Source: Promethearchaeota archaeon Loki_b31
Lineage (GTDB): Archaea > Asgardarchaeota > Lokiarchaeia > Sigyniarchaeales > SOKP01
DNA length: 47,185 nt
NCBI GenBank assembly: GCA_005222975.1
Contig: NJBI01000026.1
Coordinates: 1 to 47,185, forward strand
Direction of reading: 5' to 3'
Both the position numbers and the translations under genes were made by a program. The notes beneath the pieces are model-generated. The model was not told the origin of the DNA. It saw only the letters and a list, made by a program, of their open reading frames with translations, and made no database searches. Below, piece by piece: positions 28,289 through 37,239 of this stretch (positions within the stretch are counted from its first letter, which is position 1; each line of letters opens with the position of its first letter).

Positions 28289-28519
28289 TTGAAACAGATT
28301 GCTGATCTTTTAGAAACAGGCATTATTGAGACTTATACCCCGAAGAGGAAGATGTTAGTTAAAGACCTCCTTAAAGAGTTAAACCTTGAAGGTAAATACT
28401 TTGGGATCCTCGTTGATGGCAAGAAAGCTAGCGAGGATACAGTTTTAGATGAGAATTCAGACATAGTTATTCTTCCTCATATAGCTGGAGGAGAAAATAA
28501 TAATCCTTTGCTAAAATAG
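28289..28519 (+). CDS. MoaD/ThiS/SAMP-family ubiquitin-like protein with an 8-aa extension after the di-Gly
   Basis: Beta-grasp pattern VKDLLKEL...ILVDGK...L.E.S.IVILPHIAGG then ENNNPLLK; TTG start behind GATGTGA. Confidence 0.8.
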   Translation: MKQIADLLETGIIETYTPKRKMLVKDLLKELNLEGKYFGILVDGKKASEDTVLDENSDIVILPHIAGGENNNPLLK

Positions 28520-28690
28520 TGTTAGAGAATATCAGTTCTACATCTTAAACTTATTCTTTCTCAAAGAATAGGATTTGTTGTTATTCTGCTTATTGAATAA
28601 TCTATATTTTATTTATCTGTTTTTACTGTAAAGAGATTCTCATTAAGTCCTTTGCTAAAATAGTATTAGGGAATATCAGTTTTGCATCTT
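28504..28690. repeat. 43-bp imperfect direct repeat duplicating a segment near the 3' end of rnz
   Basis: 28504-28546 versus 28648-28690, 39/43 identical. Confidence 0.85.
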
Positions 28691-29603
28691 GAAGCAATTG
28701 GTTAGCATCCTCTTGATATCTCGACGAAATATGGGTTAAAATTAATTGTTTAGCGTTCATTTTTTTAGCATCGTTAGCTGCGTCAACAGAAGTGGAATGT
28801 TTCTTTTCAAATGCGACATCAGACAACTCCTTCGAAAAAGTTGCTTCGTGAATTAAAATGTCAGAATCTCTTCCTAATTCGATCAAGCTTTCGCAAGGGA
28901 TTGTGTCACCCGAGTATGTCACTTTTCGACCCGGTCTCTTTGGACCCACTATCCCTTCTTTTAAAGGATCAATTGTTTTTCCTTCATATTCTATAATTTC
29001 CCCTTCCTGTAATTTTTTCCACAGTTTACTCTCAGGTATTCCGAGTTCAATTGCTCTTTTGGGTTTAAATTTTCCATACCGTGGCTTTTCAACGAAAGAA
29101 TAAGCAAATGTTAATACTGAATGATCTACTTCTGTATATTTGAGAGTGTATTTATCGTTTTCAAAAATCACATTATCTTCTAAGAATTTTTCTTCACTAG
29201 GGATTTCGGAGTCCAAGGTCTCGAACACTATTAACTTATTATTATCATTATCAATTTCTACTATACTAATGGGATAATTTGCTTTTAGTCCGAGAATTTT
29301 TCTATGGACAAATAAATAAAGAAACAAATTCCGAGGTCCAAATATAGTAACGGGAGCCGTTCTTTCAATTAAACCAAACCTAAATAAAAGCCCTGGAAGA
29401 CCAATGATATGATCTCCATGAAAATGCGAAATTAATATTTTTAAAGGTTTATTAAACTTTAAACCCGCTTCAATTAGCCTTCTTTGGAGGTCTTCCCCAC
29501 AATCAAATAGAAAGAGTTCGTTTTTATATTTAAGAGCTGTTGAAGGAAGGTTCCTTTCGCGAACAGGAATCGCCGCGGAGGAACCTAGGATTATTAATTC
29601 CAT
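28623..29603 (-). CDS. rnz: Ribonuclease Z
   Basis: LGSSAAIP..RN, FDCGE, SHFHGDHIIG, GP-containing exosite arm, YSGDT, HEATF, HST, LTHISSRY. Confidence 0.95.
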   Translation of the reverse strand: MELIILGSSAAIPVRERNLPSTALKYKNELFLFDCGEDLQRRLIEAGLKFNKPLKILISHFHGDHIIGLPGLLFRFGLIERTAPVTIFGPRNLFLYLFVHRKILGLKANYPISIVEIDNDNNKLIVFETLDSEIPSEEKFLEDNVIFENDKYTLKYTEVDHSVLTFAYSFVEKPRYGKFKPKRAIELGIPESKLWKKLQEGEIIEYEGKTIDPLKEGIVGPKRPGRKVTYSGDTIPCESLIELGRDSDILIHEATFSKELSDVAFEKKHSTSVDAANDAKKMNAKQLILTHISSRYQEDANQLLQDAKLIFPNTILAKDLMRISLQ

Positions 29604-29623
29604 CGAAGTTCATTTAATATTAA

Positions 29624-30820
29624 TTATTTGCTTTTTCTTAACTGCGAAATTTCAAGCCGTTGTTGAATATTTTGCTTGCTCAGATCGTCAACCAAACTTT
29701 CGAGTTCTTTAAACCTTAAATTAACATCTGGGTTTATTGTTTGTGTTGTATTTGCCTGAGTTTGAATTTGAATTCTTAAACCATCTAACTCTGCTTCAAT
29801 TTCATTTGATTTTTGATCTTTTCGTTTGATTTGGTTGTCTAAATCTTCGTATTTTCTTTTTATTCTTATAGCTTCGTTCTTAATCGTAGTAATTTCTTCT
29901 TCTTTCGTTTTTAACGCGTTTTTTGATTCAGCTAATTGTTTTTGCAAAAAACTTGCCATTTCTCTTTGAATTTTCAATTTGCCTTCAATATCTCCTTGAG
30001 GGATGCTAACAGGAGGAGCTTCTCCTTCTTTAATTTGTTCTTGAAGGGTTGTTATTTGTACTTTTGATTTACTTAATTTACTTTTTAATTCTTCCACAAC
30101 TTCTTTTAAAGCAATCGGCTCTGCTCTACCTTTCTTACCTTTATCTTTTTTCTCGTATTTAGTTATAACCTTTTTTAATTCTTCATTTTGTCTTTTTGCT
30201 TTATTAAGATTTTTTTGCAGATCTTCTAGTAGATTTTGCGTAATATTATTATCAACATGGTTAGTTTCTATTTGAGAAGAGCTATTCTCGAGCTTTTCAG
30301 TTAAATCCGTAATTTTATCAGTTAATAATTCAATTTTTTCGTCCTTTTCTCTTATTTTTTCGTTATATTCATCGCTTCCAAGATCTTTACTCTTCAACCG
30401 CCTAATTAAAGATTCTTGCTTATTTAATTTATCTTGTAATTCATGAAGTAAAAGATTAAGTGGCGGTTTGTCCTTTTTTCTTAGCTCTTCTACGCTAATA
30501 ACAGAAGTATTAGTTGTTCTCCTAACAAGATTATCGTGGTTTTTTTGTAATTCCATTTTGTCTTTTCTTAAAAAACCCATTCGATTCTTTAGCTCTCGTA
30601 TTTCTCGATCCTTAGCATCTAATTCAATATTTAATTTTTCTTCTTTCGCCTTTTTCATCTTTTTTTTCGGAGCCTTTTCGTCGAACATTTCCTCGTATCT
30701 CATAACTTCTTCTTCAAAGCCATCAATTTTATCTAAGTAAAGATTAATTTCATTATCTTTTTTGTTTAGTTCTGACTGTAACTCGTTTATCTTCTTGCGC
30801 AAGTTATCTTCTTCCGTCAT
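29624..30820 (-). CDS. Long coiled-coil protein
   Basis: 398 aa, K/E/L/Q-rich heptad pattern throughout; 20 bp upstream of rnz. Confidence 0.8.
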   Translation of the reverse strand: MTEEDNLRKKINELQSELNKKDNEINLYLDKIDGFEEEVMRYEEMFDEKAPKKKMKKAKEEKLNIELDAKDREIRELKNRMGFLRKDKMELQKNHDNLVRRTTNTSVISVEELRKKDKPPLNLLLHELQDKLNKQESLIRRLKSKDLGSDEYNEKIREKDEKIELLTDKITDLTEKLENSSSQIETNHVDNNITQNLLEDLQKNLNKAKRQNEELKKVITKYEKKDKGKKGRAEPIALKEVVEELKSKLSKSKVQITTLQEQIKEGEAPPVSIPQGDIEGKLKIQREMASFLQKQLAESKNALKTKEEEITTIKNEAIRIKRKYEDLDNQIKRKDQKSNEIEAELDGLRIQIQTQANTTQTINPDVNLRFKELESLVDDLSKQNIQQRLEISQLRKSK

Positions 30821-30912
30821 CTTCGCACCTTACCATTTAATTAGAAAAAATTATATTATATATATTTCATCTATTTCCACTTTTTTAATCTTTTTCTTTC
30901 TGCAAATGAGAT

Positions 30913-32826
30913 TTAATATATGTCGAAATCTTTGATGGTAAATTTCTTAATCTTGCTCAATATAGGAAAAAGACTTAAATAATTAAAAGTTAAGAAAGCG
31001 ACAAAAAGTAAACCAATTATAATGAAAGGCGTTAATATATGTGGTAAAGATACTCTTTGAAATAAAACGAGCGAATTTAATATCATTCCTATTCCTAAAC
31101 TCAAAAAAAGTGATGGTATAATTACATAGAGAGCTTCCAAGAAAAGAATTTTCTTAATATTTTTATATTTCGAGCCAAGAGCCTTCATTATTAGGAAATC
31201 TTTAGCTTTTTCCATAATACTACCTTTTTGATAATTATATAAAGAGAGCATCGAAATTACGGCCATGACAATAATTAAAAAAGCGGGATATAGAGTTAAA
31301 TTATTTAAATATTGTATATTATCGTCGAAAGTTTGATTTAGGTTGATATAAGTGAAATTATCTCCAAGATTTCCACTAATAATTAATTCAATATTGTCTA
31401 TAACGCTATCATATTCGCCTGGTCTTATTTTTAACAAAAGGAGATTAATATTTTGTCCACTAAAATTCAAATCTTCTTGCATAACCTCTAAATCTACATA
31501 TCCCGCAAAGCCGCTATAAAAACTATCCAAGACAACCCCGGAAATGTGAAAGGCGTGACCTAATCCTAATTCCTCAACTCTCAAACTCTGCGATAATGGA
31601 TAATCAAAAAAATTATAACTTAATCCGTCTCCAATTATCATGTTTACTGAATCTTCCTGAGTAAAATATTCTCCCTCAATTTCAAAATCTTGTATTATTT
31701 CACTAATATTAACTCCTACAATCGGGAAAATTCCTGAACGTTGTTGACCTGCTATTAAATAACCTCCATCTACGAGATAATGATACCCATCTAATTCAGT
31801 GAGATTAAAAAAATTAATCAAACGCTGATCTATGCTTTCAACTTCAGTAATACTATTTAGTTCTTCAATATCAGAAAGGTTAAACATGTAGCTTGGATTT
31901 AAAAAATCAATACTGTTCTCAGTTATAATAATATTCGGATTAGAAAACATACTGTACATCAAAGTATAGTTTTGAATAACATCTCTATGACCAATAGCAA
32001 TGATATCTTCGCCTTGAGACTTTCGTATCCATTCTTGAGACGAATCCCTCATAACGATATTCCCTAATCCTAAAGTAAAAATTACTAAGGAAATTATGGA
32101 AAAAACTATTAAATACCTCCTAAATTCCCCTTTTCTCCTGATTGTGTTAATAACGGAAATTTTAAAATTAAATCCTATTGAGGACAACCATTTTGGAACT
32201 AATATAAATCCTCTTGAAGCGTCGTAATTATAGGGTATATCCTTTGAAAATAATTTTATGGTATTTTGATTTCCTAGCTTCCTTAAAATTACGCCAGGAA
32301 CGAAATAAATTCCCCCTACACACGAAAAAAACAATATCGGGGTATAAATTAAATCAATTTGAAAAGAGGATACAATTCCTAAAAGCGACATAATAAACGT
32401 GAAGATACCGTATGAAACAAAACCGATTATTAAACCTATCAAGAAACCAACGATAAACACTACATATACTTCGGTTAAATAAAAGTTATATAATTTCTTT
32501 GGTAGCGTCCCCAAGGCTTTCATAATAGCAATATCACGTTTTTTATTAATAACTAGAGTGCTTGTCACGATTATAACAATAATAAAAGCCAAAGTAACTA
32601 TTAGGCTCAGTATTAGAATAGTAAAATCTGTAAAGACTATGCTAATTCCTCCTGAAAAATAAAATTCATTTTCGTACTGATAAGTTAAAAATCTATTTAA
32701 GCCCATTGAAGACATAAAATATGTTAAGAAAATTGTGAGCGCAATAACTAAAGCAATTATTACTACATAAGGGAAAGTGACCTCCCTTTTTCTAAAGAAG
32801 TCTTTTAAGGCAAAATCTAAACTTAT
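30913..32826 (-). CDS. FtsX/MacB-family ABC transporter permease (proposed ATA start at 32826 or 32829)
   Basis: Two permease motifs (KKRDIAIMKALG, AKDFLIMKALG). Upstream extension SLDFALKDFFRKREVTFPYVVIIALVIALTIFL supplies the expected N-terminal helix and first TM segment. Confidence 0.85.
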   Translation of the reverse strand: MSLDFALKDFFRKREVTFPYVVIIALVIALTIFLTYFMSSMGLNRFLTYQYENEFYFSGGISIVFTDFTILILSLIVTLAFIIVIIVTSTLVINKKRDIAIMKALGTLPKKLYNFYLTEVYVVFIVGFLIGLIIGFVSYGIFTFIMSLLGIVSSFQIDLIYTPILFFSCVGGIYFVPGVILRKLGNQNTIKLFSKDIPYNYDASRGFILVPKWLSSIGFNFKISVINTIRRKGEFRRYLIVFSIISLVIFTLGLGNIVMRDSSQEWIRKSQGEDIIAIGHRDVIQNYTLMYSMFSNPNIIITENSIDFLNPSYMFNLSDIEELNSITEVESIDQRLINFFNLTELDGYHYLVDGGYLIAGQQRSGIFPIVGVNISEIIQDFEIEGEYFTQEDSVNMIIGDGLSYNFFDYPLSQSLRVEELGLGHAFHISGVVLDSFYSGFAGYVDLEVMQEDLNFSGQNINLLLLKIRPGEYDSVIDNIELIISGNLGDNFTYINLNQTFDDNIQYLNNLTLYPAFLIIVMAVISMLSLYNYQKGSIMEKAKDFLIMKALGSKYKNIKKILFLEALYVIIPSLFLSLGIGMILNSLVLFQRVSLPHILTPFIIIGLLFVAFLTFNYLSLFPILSKIKKFTIKDFDIY

Positions 32827-32870
32827 TATTCACTCACCAAAGTTAAATATTTATTAATTCATAATCCTAA

Positions 32871-33617
32871 CTACTCTTCACTTGTTATCTTACCATCTTC
32901 AAAAATTATGACTCGATTTGCAAGTTTTATTAAAAAATCGTCGTGTGTTGCTATAATAATCGTTTTACCATCCTTTTTCATATCATTAAAGAGATCTCGT
33001 ATAAACATACTTGTATTTTTATCGAGGTTGGCTGTAGGCTCATCTGCCAAAATAATTGGAGGATTGTTTGCTAACGCTCTTGCTATTGCTACCCTCTGTT
33101 GTTCACCAGCCGAAAGTTGAAATGGTAAGTGTTCTCTTCTATCCCCTAAACCTATTTTTTTCAATAAACTTACTGCTTTCTCTCTTTGCTCTTTTAGGCT
33201 CATTCCAGCTAAATTCATTGGGAACATCACATTTTCTTCAGCAGTTAAAGTGCTAATAAGATTATAGTTTTGAAAAACGAATCCTGTATTAATTAATCTA
33301 AATAGAGAGAGTGATTCTTCATGTAAATCGGTAATTTTTACCCCATTTGAAAAAATCGTGCCTTCGTTAGGAGAATCTAACCCTCCAATTAAATTTAGTA
33401 AAGTAGTTTTACCTGCTCCTGACGGACCTTTAAGAACGATGAAATCTCTCTCTTTTATTTTCAGATTTACATCATATACGGCTTTTACAATAAAATCTCC
33501 AATTTCATAATTTTTGTATAAATTTTTAGCTAAGATTACAATGTTTTCCTCTCTAATTTCGTTTATAATATCGATATCCTCTAATTCAGTAGGCTCTTCA
33601 AGAAAATCTTTATCCAT
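32871..33617 (-). CDS. LolD/MacB-family ABC transporter ATP-binding protein
   Basis: GPSGAGKTT, GFVFQNYNLI, LSAGEQQRV, ILADEPTANLD, ATHD. Confidence 0.93.
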   Translation of the reverse strand: MDKDFLEEPTELEDIDIINEIREENIVILAKNLYKNYEIGDFIVKAVYDVNLKIKERDFIVLKGPSGAGKTTLLNLIGGLDSPNEGTIFSNGVKITDLHEESLSLFRLINTGFVFQNYNLISTLTAEENVMFPMNLAGMSLKEQREKAVSLLKKIGLGDRREHLPFQLSAGEQQRVAIARALANNPPIILADEPTANLDKNTSMFIRDLFNDMKKDGKTIIIATHDDFLIKLANRVIIFEDGKITSEE

Positions 33618-33742
33618 TTTTATTTCAGCAACACATTCTTTTTATATCTCTCTTTTTTATAATCCTTAGTTATTTAAAATATTGTTCTATCGACTTCATT
33701 TTAAAACCAATATTAAATTGTGTCATTACGATCAAACAAAAG

Positions 33743-33750
33743 TTTAAATA
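33743..33750 (+). promoter_or_regulatory. Candidate archaeal TATA box with purine-rich BRE-like upstream sequence
   Basis: AAACAAAAG-TTTAAATA ending 24 nt before the 5' end of the candidate RNA stem at 33775. Confidence 0.4.
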
Positions 33751-33774
33751 TTGCCATGTTATATTTGAATATTA

Positions 33775-33901
33775 GAGGGAAAGCCGCAAATAAAAATATC
33801 CCCTAAATTTCCTAATTAAAATGGTAACGGAACTAAATTTTATCCCAAAATCTAACCTCATCTTGAGGTCAATTTCTGGCTTTCTCTCGTCTCTTCCTTT
33901 T
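33775..33901 (+). ncRNA. Candidate ~115-125-nt structured RNA of unknown family
   Basis: GAGGGAAAGCCG (33775-33786) pairs with TGGCTTTCTCTC (33877-33888) using two G-U pairs; internal hairpin ACCTCA-TCT-TGAGGT (33855-33869); pyrimidine-rich tail. Confidence 0.5.
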
Positions 33902-34088
33902 GTAAATAAAATTAAGTAATTTGTGTTATAAATTTAAAAAAATTTATTTTAGTTAAGATATTTCATTATTAAAATTACAGCAGTTTTAAACTTTTCTTAA
34001 AAAAAGTTTGAAAAAATCATTCTTATTACCCAGAATTGAAAGCTGGCAGAACTAATTCTTCAGAATTAAAGAAAAAGGGGAAAAAAAT

Positions 34089-34724
34089 TTGGATTTTGAA
34101 AAATTAACAGAATTAATAATTGAGCTAGAAGTAGATGATATTGAAGCCGCAGTGAAGGAAGCCCTAGAAGGAGATGGAAAGGATCCATTTGACATCTTAA
34201 GCGCTTTAACAAAAGGAATGGATGAAGTAGGGAAGCGATATGAAGAGAAGGAATATTATTTAACTGAGCTGGTATTAGCTGGGGAAACCATGAAAGAAGC
34301 GTTTAAAGTGCTCCAACCAGCCTTAGCTGCGTCAGACCAATCTCAAGATAAAACAAAAATAATCCTCTGCACAGTTAAGGGGGACAATCATGACATCGGA
34401 AAAAATATTTTAGGCTCATTATTATTAAGTAGTGGTTTTGAATTACATGATTTGGGGATGGATGTTGATGCAAATGTCATCGTTGATAAAGTAAAAGAAA
34501 CAGGAGCTACAATCATAGCGTTAAGTTCCCTATTGACTATGACTGTCGAACAAATTAAAAACGTTCACGAAGCTTTAAAGGCAGCAGGTCTTAGGGATAG
34601 TGTAAAATTAATCGTTGGCGGAGCTCCTTTGAATATGGAACTTGCTAAGCGGTTGGGCGCAGATGATTTCGCAGATGATGCTGTCGATGGAGTCAGGCAT
34701 ATTAAAAAGTTAGCAGGAAAATAA
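34089..34724 (+). CDS. Methyltransferase cognate corrinoid protein (MttC/MtbC/MtaC-like)
   Basis: Cap domain (GMDEVGKRYE..EYYL.EL), DxHxxG motif GDNHDIGKNI, LSSLLT, VGGAP. Confidence 0.9.
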   Translation: MDFEKLTELIIELEVDDIEAAVKEALEGDGKDPFDILSALTKGMDEVGKRYEEKEYYLTELVLAGETMKEAFKVLQPALAASDQSQDKTKIILCTVKGDNHDIGKNILGSLLLSSGFELHDLGMDVDANVIVDKVKETGATIIALSSLLTMTVEQIKNVHEALKAAGLRDSVKLIVGGAPLNMELAKRLGADDFADDAVDGVRHIKKLAGK

Positions 34725-34962
34725 TATGTTCATTCAATTTTTTATTTTTATACTTTTAACTTTGTAAATTTATGGTATACATTTTTTGATATTTATAATT
34801 TATAAAGTCGGTTTAAAAGAGATTCTATTTTATTCTTTTTATTACTGAGAAACTTAATTAAAATATAATGAGAATATTTATTTTACTAAGGAAAGTATAT
34901 CTCTTAGAACCAATCAAATAAAATTAATTCTATATGTTTATAAGAAAAAGGAGGCTTTTTTA

Positions 34963-35217
34963 ATGACTGGTGGAAAGGACAAGGAAATAAAATTTGATGC
35001 AGAATTAGATACGAGGGGATTATTTTGTCCAGAACCCATTTTTGAAGTAAGAACCTTTTCAGAATCTTTAGATATTGGTCAATGTTTTAAAGTTTTAGCT
35101 GATGATCCGGCAGCAGAAGAAGATTTGAAAAGGTGGGCAAAAAGAACTGGTACAGAGTTGGTTGAGTTTTTTAAAGATGGAGATGATCTAATATTTTACT
35201 TCAGAAAAAGGGAATAA
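34963..35217 (+). CDS. tusA: TusA/SirA-family sulfur carrier
   Basis: LDTRGLFCPEP, VLADDPAA..D...W. Confidence 0.88.
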   Translation: MTGGKDKEIKFDAELDTRGLFCPEPIFEVRTFSESLDIGQCFKVLADDPAAEEDLKRWAKRTGTELVEFFKDGDDLIFYFRKRE

Positions 35218-35249
35218 TGATTAGCTTGAAATTAAGGAGGGATTAAGTT

Positions 35250-36440
35250 ATGAGTATATATCTAGACAATCAGGCTGCAAGACCCGTGGACGCAAGAGTC
35301 GTGTCTGAAATGGTCCCATACTTTAATGAAAGATTTGCAAATCCAGCTTCTCTTCATTGCGATGGAGATATTGCTACAGATATTTTAGAGACATCACGAG
35401 AAAAAATTGCAAAGTTTGTAAATGCCTCTATTCCATCTGACATCCTATTTACATCTGGAGCGACCGAATCAAATAATCTGGCTTTAATAGGAGCTGCTAT
35501 GAGACAGAAGAAAAAAGGGAACCACATAATTATTTCTGAAATCGAACATATATCTATCTTAAACCTTGGGAAATATTTAGAAAGACAGGGGTTTAGAGTA
35601 AGCAGAGTTTCTGTAGATCGATTTGGTATCATTAGTTTAGATAAGCTTGAAAAGTTAATAACAGATGAGACAATTTTAATCTCAATATCAACGGCTAGTA
35701 ACGAAGTTGGCTCCCTGCAACCAACTGCTGAAATCAGTAGGATTGCTGCTGAAAAGGGGATATTATTTCATACTGACGCTGTTGCTAGTGAAAGCGTAGT
35801 TCCAATTGATGTTCAAAAAGTTCCGATAGATTTAATCACATTATCGTCTAACGATATTTACGGACCAAGAGGGGTTGGCGCGTTATACTTAAAAAAGGGA
35901 GTACGAGTTAACCCTATAATAATTGGTGGCGGTCAAGAAAGAGGTATGAGGTCAGGTTCTGAAAATATACCCGGTATCGTTGGGTTTGCTAAAGCCGCAG
36001 AGATTTTGAAGGAAGAAATGCCCAAAGAATCAGAAAATTTAAAAAAATTAAGAGATAAGTTGATTAAAGATATCTTGGAAACAATTCCTAAATCGCATTT
36101 AAACGGACATCCCGAAAAAAGACTTGCTCACAACGCACATTTTCGATTTGATTATATCGAAGGGGAATCGTTGATATTAACGCTAAAAGAACACAATATT
36201 GCTGCTGCTACAGGCTCAGCTTGTAGTTCAAAAACATTAGAGGCGTCTCATACATTAATTGCAATGGGTCTATTGCACGAAGAAGCACACGGTAGTCTAC
36301 TGGTTTCTTTAGGTAGAACTACTCGCGAGTCCGACATTGATAAGCTTATAGAAGTTTTACCAAACGAGGTAAAAAGGTTGAGAAAGTTATCTCCATTAAC
36401 GCCTCCAGAATTATTAAAAAAATATGATGAGGTAAAATAA
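35250..36440 (+). CDS. iscS: IscS/NifS cysteine desulfurase homologue with the PLP Schiff-base Lys replaced by Asp
   Basis: IYLDN, FTSGATESNN, EH.S, HTDAV, SSNDIYGPRGVG (usual SxHKxYGPKG), RSGSEN, GSACSS. Confidence 0.9.
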   Translation: MSIYLDNQAARPVDARVVSEMVPYFNERFANPASLHCDGDIATDILETSREKIAKFVNASIPSDILFTSGATESNNLALIGAAMRQKKKGNHIIISEIEHISILNLGKYLERQGFRVSRVSVDRFGIISLDKLEKLITDETILISISTASNEVGSLQPTAEISRIAAEKGILFHTDAVASESVVPIDVQKVPIDLITLSSNDIYGPRGVGALYLKKGVRVNPIIIGGGQERGMRSGSENIPGIVGFAKAAEILKEEMPKESENLKKLRDKLIKDILETIPKSHLNGHPEKRLAHNAHFRFDYIEGESLILTLKEHNIAAATGSACSSKTLEASHTLIAMGLLHEEAHGSLLVSLGRTTRESDIDKLIEVLPNEVKRLRKLSPLTPPELLKKYDEVK

Positions 36441-36444
36441 TAAA

Positions 36445-37239
36445 ATGAAATCTACTACATATTCAGACAAAGTATTAGAGCACTTCAAGAATCCTCGTAA
36501 CGTAGGTGAAATTGAAGATGCAGACGGAATTGGCCGAGTTGGAAACCCTGTTTGTGGAGATCTTATGTGGATCTACCTCAGGATTGCCAAAAATGAAAAA
36601 GGTGAAGAAATAATTAGCGATATTAAATTTAAAACATTCGGTTGTGGTTCAGCTGTTTCTACGTCATCAATGATTACTGAGATGGCAAAAGGCATGACTC
36701 TTGACGAAGCTTATAAAATCACGCGACAAAATGTTGCTGACGAATTAGATGGACTTCCTCCTATAAAAATGCACTGCTCTAATCTAGCTGCCGATGCTTT
36801 AAAAGCCGCAATCGATAACTATCGTTTAGGTACAGAACCAGAAATAGAGATCGTTACGTCTTGTCAATTAGATGTTAGGATAATACTCGGAATCGATGAC
36901 TTTCTTGGGAAAGGAGTCTATAAAGAAGTACCCGCGGATTTAGAAGAGTTTAGAGAAAAAAGAATTATTATAGTCGACTCGGGAGACGAATCTTTAGAGC
37001 TCGCACTTAAACTGACAGAATATACTGGAAGAGTAATTGTTGTAACTTCTGCAAAATCAGTTCCTGGCACTGTTGATTTGAGGAGAAAATTGAAGCATTC
37101 AGATGTAAAACTATTGCAAGAATCAGAATTGATTGAAATCAAAGGAGAGCTTGATGAAGTAGAAAAAATTGTTATACATGATTTCGATGAGGACGAGAAT
37201 TACGAGCTATTCGTTGATGTCGTAATAGTTTTAGATTGA
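36445..37239 (+). CDS. iscU: IscU/NifU scaffold fused to a degenerate thioredoxin-reductase-like NAD(P)-binding domain
   Basis: YSDKVLEHFKNPRNVG, GNPVCGD, FGCGSA, LPPIKMHC; C-terminal GKGVY...KRIIIVDSGDESLELALKL...ELFVDVVIV. Confidence 0.85.
   Translation: MKSTTYSDKVLEHFKNPRNVGEIEDADGIGRVGNPVCGDLMWIYLRIAKNEKGEEIISDIKFKTFGCGSAVSTSSMITEMAKGMTLDEAYKITRQNVADELDGLPPIKMHCSNLAADALKAAIDNYRLGTEPEIEIVTSCQLDVRIILGIDDFLGKGVYKEVPADLEEFREKRIIIVDSGDESLELALKLTEYTGRVIVVTSAKSVPGTVDLRRKLKHSDVKLLQESELIEIKGELDEVEKIVIHDFDEDENYELFVDVVIVLD

Noticed and set aside
33775-33901. Cobalamin riboswitch, RNase P RNA, SRP RNA or 5S rRNA
   Set aside because: No recognisable B12 box; too short and AT-rich for RNase P or SRP; GAGGGAAAGCC only superficially resembles the RNase P GAGGAAAGUCC motif. 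Kept as an unknown ncRNA candidate.
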